Made by a program: the position numbers and the translations under genes
The notes under the pieces: model-generated
Database searches by the model: none
Told to the model about the DNA's origin: nothing
The model's input: only the letters and a program-made list of their open reading frames with translations
In this document: positions 59,412 to 64,000 of the stretch, piece after piece
Layout: each line of letters begins with the position of its first letter
How positions within the stretch are numbered: position 1 is the first letter of the stretch
Origin: Bdellovibrionota bacterium
GTDB lineage: Bacteria > Bdellovibrionota_G > JALEGL01 > JAGRMV01
DNA: 64,000 nucleotides
Reading direction: 5' to 3'
NCBI GenBank assembly: GCA_041391405.1
Contig: JAWKOB010000005.1
Location: forward strand, 6,297-70,296

Positions 59412-60651
59412 ATCAGTCGTTTCAAAACAAAACTGACCGGTACGGTAGCCACCATTCGTCAAAATGGTTTTTTCTCGATAGCAATAAGCTCATTTTCAGG
59501 ATCCCAAAAATCCCAACAACAGTTTTCTTTCCACAGCCAGCAATTCCAACGCATCCGGAAGCTGCACACTCACACACGCGACGGTGAATTCAGCGGATCG
59601 TTTTATCTGAATGCCGAGTGCGTAACCATTCAAGGCAGCGCCAATTTCCAGCACCCAAAGGCGCTGAATACACTGACGACGCAGGGTGAGCAAACGATCA
59701 AAACATCGTTTCAATGTTGCAAGATGGACTTCAAAATGGATCGTCCTTGATCAGCTTCTTTCCCAGATGCAAGGGCAATTGAATCAAATCTCCAGCGATG
59801 CTTTGCCTTTCGTGATCGCAGCCATACGCCAAAAATTTCGATTCCGACTTTTCCATCACGCTTGATTTGCAAAAGTATCCAGTGGATTCACAGGAACGGG
59901 TGATTACCAATACCTCGACATCATTAAAGCTTTGGGTCACGATGTTGGATCCATCACGCTCAACAAACGTCAGATCATTGATATCGCCACTTTCATGATG
60001 AATGGCGAAGAGGCGCGTGTTGGCGAATACATCCTGGAAGATGTGGCTGGTTGAAACGGACATTGTTGGATACAACATTGCTCGTGATGTCGCAACACCT
60101 ACCTTTCCGAACACTTTCAAAGCAATGTGATCGCTCTTCAGCTGGGAATCACCCAAACCGGAGGCATGATCCAAACCGGTCCAACCTATTTCGGTTCAGC
60201 TCTTTTGCGCAACGGTGAGAAATCCCGTTGGGTGGCCACTGGTAGCTACAACCAACGCAGCATCGCAATTCACCCGTTCTCAAAGAAGATGGATTGCTGC
60301 ATCTTCGAACGGAAATCGTTTCCCACTCCATTGGGCTGGCTTTCATTCCAAAAATCTGGAACCACTCTTTGACTCGAACTTCTTTGACTGGATTTGTACA
60401 ACTCGAAGGTTTGTTTGTCCGAGCCAACTCCGCAAGTGTCATGACCAAAACCAACTTGAACCAAAATGCGAATATGGAAGTGGTGGAACTGTACAAAATT
60501 CCATTGCAAGGAAATCAAAGAAGGTGCCACAAAAACCTATGCAGTACCGATGCTTTCAGTAGGCGCCAATGTACAGCAAGAATTGGCACGCGGCATAACT
60601 GTCAATGGTTACTTGATCACCTACCCAGGATGGCTCAGCAAGGCAGTTTGA
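59408..60651 (+). pseudogene. Unknown gene Y (about 410 aa if joined), at least 6 frame breaks, no recognisable family
   Basis: ATG 59408 overlaps the X stop (ATGA). Plus-strand pieces use genome-typical codons (AAA, GAA, ATC, TTC): GDYQYLDIIKALGHDVGSITLNKRQIIDIATFMMNGEEARVGEYILEDVA; VIALQLGITQTGGMIQTGPTYFGS; KEGATKTYAVPMLSVGANVQQELARGITVNGYLITYPGWLSKAV. Confidence 0.3.
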
Positions 60652-60883
60652 GCGAGATCGCAAAAAGCATTACTCCAAGATATCAAATTGGAGCTTCATG
60701 CATGATCAGAATGGAAAATCTTTCCAAATCAAAATCAGAATTCCACCCCGCCCGCTTTTAAGCGTTTAAGCAAACTCTTCCATATCATGCCTTTGTACTT
60801 GACGCAGGTGTCAGACACCTGCGCCATTCATATTGGCACAGCTTGTGCTCTTATGAATTGAATCATTCAACCAAGGGATTTAT

Positions 60884-61319
60884 ATGCAAACCATGTCTTT
60901 GAATCATTCGAAAATCGAACCCTTCGAGTTTCAAAATCGAACTATCTATAAAGATTTACTCAGATTGTTGAACACCACACGAAACAATCTCAACAAGGGA
61001 AACCACCTCAGATTTGGGTAAAAAATTCTGGAGATTTATTCAATGGATTGTTTTTTATCTCAAAAGAAATTGCCTTCACATCGAACAACGAGGACAAAAT
61101 CATGCATCAAATCCTCAACTCATCCTTGCCTAAATTTCCGATTGCATGACGGCGCTCGATATTTGCCATAAGCACATTGGATATCTTCACTTGAATACTT
61201 CGAATCCAAACAAATCCTGGAAAAGACTTATTGAGCTAACGAATGATCTTGAACATGTTTATGAACAACTCGAAACTTGCAAAAGTGAGTCCCAAAGTAA
61301 AATGGAGCAATTTCAATAG
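60884..61319 (+). pseudogene. Unknown gene Z (about 145 aa), frame-broken
   Basis: MQTMSLNHSKIEPFEFQNRTIYKDLLRLLNTTRNNLNKGNHLRFG, then shifted pieces ending LIELTNDLEHVYEQLETCKSESQSKMEQFQ. Confidence 0.3.
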
Positions 61320-61334
61320 GTTAATTCATAGATA

Positions 61335-61364
61335 TTGACTGGTCATTATGACTGGTCATATAAT
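61335..61364 (+). promoter_or_regulatory. Near-consensus sigma70-type promoter with two 10-bp direct repeats (probable antitoxin operator)
   Basis: TTGACT (61335-61340), an 18-nt spacer, then TATAAT (61359-64). GACTGGTCAT occurs at 61337-61346 and again at 61350-61359. Confidence 0.6.
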
Positions 61365-61370
61365 AGAAGG

Positions 61371-61601
61371 ATGAAAAACATGACCGCTTCAGAATTCAAG
61401 GCCAAGTGTCTCAAAGAACTCGATAACCTTCCCGATGAAGGAATTGTGATCACAAAACACGGAAAACCTGTGGCGAAAGTAGTACCGATCAAAAAGAAAA
61501 GAATGATCGACTATTACGGTTGTATGAAAGGCCAAATCAAAATCCATGGAAATATTTTTTCAACAGGCGCCTGGGATGATTGGACTCCAGATGATAATTA
61601 A
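61371..61601 (+). CDS. Phd/YefM-type antitoxin (start more likely ATG 61380)
   Basis: MTASEFKAKCLKELDNLPDEGIVITKHGKPVAKVVPI is a typical antitoxin N-terminus. It overlaps the PIN toxin start by 11 nt. Confidence 0.75.
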   Translation: MKNMTASEFKAKCLKELDNLPDEGIVITKHGKPVAKVVPIKKKRMIDYYGCMKGQIKIHGNIFSTGAWDDWTPDDN

Positions 61602-61959
61602 TCTTGATACCCATATCGTTTTGAAATTTCTCAATCGAGATCTGACAAAAACTGAATTCAGTCTTATGGAGAGTTTCGATCAATATTGCATTTCAGACAT
61701 GGTCTTGTGGGAACTTGCAATGCTTCGATCCAGGAAGGGAATAGACTTTCGATTCGATTCACCTGAATGGCTGGAATTTTCAAGAGATATTCAAGTTCTA
61801 CCCATCACTCAAGAAATTGCCCTGCAAACCACAAAAATGGATTTCAAGGCTGACCCTGCCGACCACATCATCGCGGCAACGAGCATTGTTCACCAAATTC
61901 CACTCATGACCCGTGACAAAACCATTTTGAAATCCAAAATCGTTCCGTTTCCAAAATAA
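61591..61959 (+). CDS. vapC: PIN-domain toxin, VapC family (ATG 61591 inside ORF 61546..61959)
   Basis: MIINLDTHIVLKFL, ISDMVLWELAML, DPADHIIAATSIVHQIPLMTRDK. The acidic PIN residues are in the expected order. Confidence 0.85.
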   Translation: MIINLDTHIVLKFLNRDLTKTEFSLMESFDQYCISDMVLWELAMLRSRKGIDFRFDSPEWLEFSRDIQVLPITQEIALQTTKMDFKADPADHIIAATSIVHQIPLMTRDKTILKSKIVPFPK

Positions 61960-61990
61960 AAAAGCCGCCCTTTCGAGCGGCTCTTTTTCA
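61960..61990. terminator. Bidirectional rho-independent terminator between vapC and hppA
   Basis: AAAAA-AGCCGC-cctttcga-GCGGCT-CTTTTT. Confidence 0.75.
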
Positions 61991-62005
61991 ATGATGTAAA
62001 ATGGA

Positions 62006-64000
62006 CTAACGCTGGATTGCGCCGGTAGCTTCGCCAGCTTCGTTTTTAACCATTTCTTCCATTTGTACAGGTTCTTTTTTCTCGGCATGACCGTGACCTT
62101 CGTGATTCATCGAAATGTGCGGAGCGATAATCAAGGAAACAATAGAAGTCAGTTTGATCAAAATGTTCATGGATGGGCCGGAAGTGTCCTTGAACGGATC
62201 ACCCACGGTATCACCGGTAACCGATGCTTTGTGTGCATCTGAACCTTTGAATTCGGTTTTGCCGTTGATTTCAACGCCTTTTTCAAAGGACTTCTTGGCA
62301 TTATCCCAAGCGCCCCCCGCGTTGGATTGGAACATACCCATAAGCACACCCGAAACGGTGATGCCCGCAAGCATACCACCCAGTACTTCAGGACCGAATG
62401 CGAAACCAACCACTACCGGAGCGATCAAGGCAATCGCACCAGGAAGGATCATTTCACGAATGCTGGCTTCAGTTGAAATTGCCACGCATTTTTCATATTC
62501 AGGTTTGGCTTTGTATTCCATAATGCCCGGAATTTCGCGGAACTGACGGCGAACTTCCTGAACCATCGCCATCGCTGCGCGTCCCACAGCTGAAATTGCA
62601 AGCGCGGAGAAGATAAACGGAATCATACCGCCGACGAAAAGTCCGGCAAGCACATCCGCTTTGTAAATATCGATGGTTTGAATTCCAGCGATACCCACGA
62701 AGGCTGCAAACAAAGCCAATGCTGTCAATGCAGCAGAAGCAATGGCAAACCCCTTCCCGGTTGCCGCAGTTGTATTTCCAACGGCATCCAAAATATCGGT
62801 ACGGCCACGCACTTCTTTGGGAAGTTGGCTCATCTCAGCGATACCGCCGGCGTTGTCGGCGATTGGACCAAAGGCATCGATCGCAAGTTGCATTGCTGTA
62901 GTGGCCATCATGCCAGAAGCTGCAATGGCAACTCCGTACAAACCTGCAAAAGTGGTGGGAAAGATAAATACCGAAGCCAAAACTAAATCGGCCATACCGT
63001 TGATTCCATACCGATTGCCAAACCGATGATGTTGGTGGCGTGACCGGTAGCAGATTTTTGAACGATTGAAAGCACAGGACGTTTGCCCATCGCTGTGTAG
63101 TACTCGGTGATCATGCTCATCAATGCGCCCACGATCAGGCTTCAAGGATCTGTAAAGAGGCCATCGACCGTTGAACGCATGACCGCGAAGTTCAAGCTGC
63201 GCTGAAGCATACAACGAACAGAAAAAACGAAGCAACCACTGTCAAAATATGAACGCAATTACCACGATTCAATGCGCTTTGAACATCAGCTGCAGAATCT
63301 TTGCTGATTTTGATGAAGAAGAATCCAATCATGGAGAACACGATACCCAAACTGCAATCACCATTGGAAGAAGAATAGGAGACAAACCGTTGTAGTTGTC
63401 GGTCACGGAAATTTCGCGACCAAGAACCATCGTGGCAAGAATCGTAGCCATACGAACCGAAAAGATCTGCGCCCATACCTGCCACGTCGCCCACGTTGTC
63501 GCCCACGTTGTCCGCGATGGTTGCAGGGTTACGAATGTCATCTTCTGGAATACCAGCTTCATTTACCGACAAGATCAGCGCCTACGTCAGCCGCTTTGGT
63601 GTAAATACCACCTACACGCGCGAAAAGAGCGATGGATTCAGCACCGAGGAAAACCCAGCAAGAACTTCGATGGCGCGTTCCATTTCAATGCTGGAAACGC
63701 CAGCACCTTGGGAAGTTACAAAGTAGTGATAGAAAATAATAAATAGGAAACCCAAAGCCCAAAACTGCCAACCCAGAAACACCAAGCCCCATCACCGATC
63801 CGCCGGTGAAAGAAACTTTAAGCGCATGCTGAAGGCTGGTACGTGCTGCTTGCGTGGTGCGAGCGTTTGGCGCTGGTCGCCCACTTTCATACCGATGTAC
63901 CCAGCAGTTGCGGAAAGCACTGCACCGATCCACGAAAGATACCGCAATCAACCAGTGAGAAGTTTCAGCAGAGTGCCTGACCATCAAGCAGAATTGCCGC
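62006..64000 (-). pseudogene. hppA: Membrane H+(or Na+)-translocating pyrophosphatase, 5' part off right edge, multiple frame breaks
   Basis: [32 protein letters not shown] and GGAWDNAKK in ORF 62006-63235. Upstream pieces ([22 protein letters not shown] in 63192-63572; 63685-63987) lie in other frames. Confidence 0.9.

Noticed and set aside
59451-59473. Terminator-like hairpin ACCATT-cgtcaa-AATGGT followed by a T run.
   Set aside because: It lies inside an open, codon-typical frame (gene Y) that starts at 59408 with an ATGA overlap. I therefore do not call it a terminator; at most it is an internal attenuator.
59731-60174. 147-aa minus-strand ORF, the longest uninterrupted ORF in the X/Y region.
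   Set aside because: Its Lys codons are mostly AAG, whereas intact genes here strongly prefer AAA. The plus-strand reading of the same DNA uses genome-typical codons. It is probably a shadow of gene Y.
1-64000. Programmed ribosomal frameshifting or recoding as the explanation for the many frame breaks; also a scan for CRISPR arrays, IS elements, transposases and integrases.
   Set aside because: The breaks are too numerous, occur in unrelated genes, and the ones I localised mostly sit in plain A/T runs without slippery-heptamer-plus-structure signals. I found no repeat-spacer arrays and no transposase or integrase-like ORFs, including next to the tRNA genes.

Overview
This 64-kb chromosomal window looks, from gene content alone, like a Bdellovibrio-like predatory bacterium; I could not run any search to confirm that. 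Left third: a complete type II secretion operon gspCDEFGHIJKLMN (2333-15613), a second divergently oriented GspD-type secretin, and folP. Next come a PilZ receptor, a tRNA-Cys-like remnant, tRNA-Gly, a large S41 Ctp protease, a DUF3047-like protein and mreB. They are followed by a peptidoglycan-recycling operon (mpl, serine hydrolase, ldcA), a PlsB-like acyltransferase, two more PilZ proteins, an arginase-family enzyme and the squalene operon hpnCDE. Middle: two lipoproteins and three tandem paralogous TPR/PEGA proteins with C-terminal membrane anchors. Right third: a split Tad/Flp pilus locus. It runs tadC, DUF192, three tandem FHA-domain membrane proteins, an antisense FN3 lipoprotein, two flp pilins, tadE- and tadG-like genes, a large TadE-domain protein, cpaB, the cpaC secretin, an apparent TadZ-CpaF fusion and tadB. 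It ends in a poorly conserved islet (unknown genes plus a Phd/VapC toxin-antitoxin pair) and an H+-pyrophosphatase gene that runs off the right edge. About 25 conserved genes have broken reading frames. Most of the breaks I could localise fall in A/T homopolymers, so I read them as uncorrected indel errors rather than gene decay. Best leads: the FHA-rich, Kil-like Tad apparatus with its unusual accessory genes; a roughly 70-nt hairpin element present twice with a conserved 20-mer and covarying stem; the in-frame TadZ-CpaF junction; the PEGA paralog trio; and the unannotatable islet at 57.4-62.0 kb. I found no CRISPR array, transposase or integrase.
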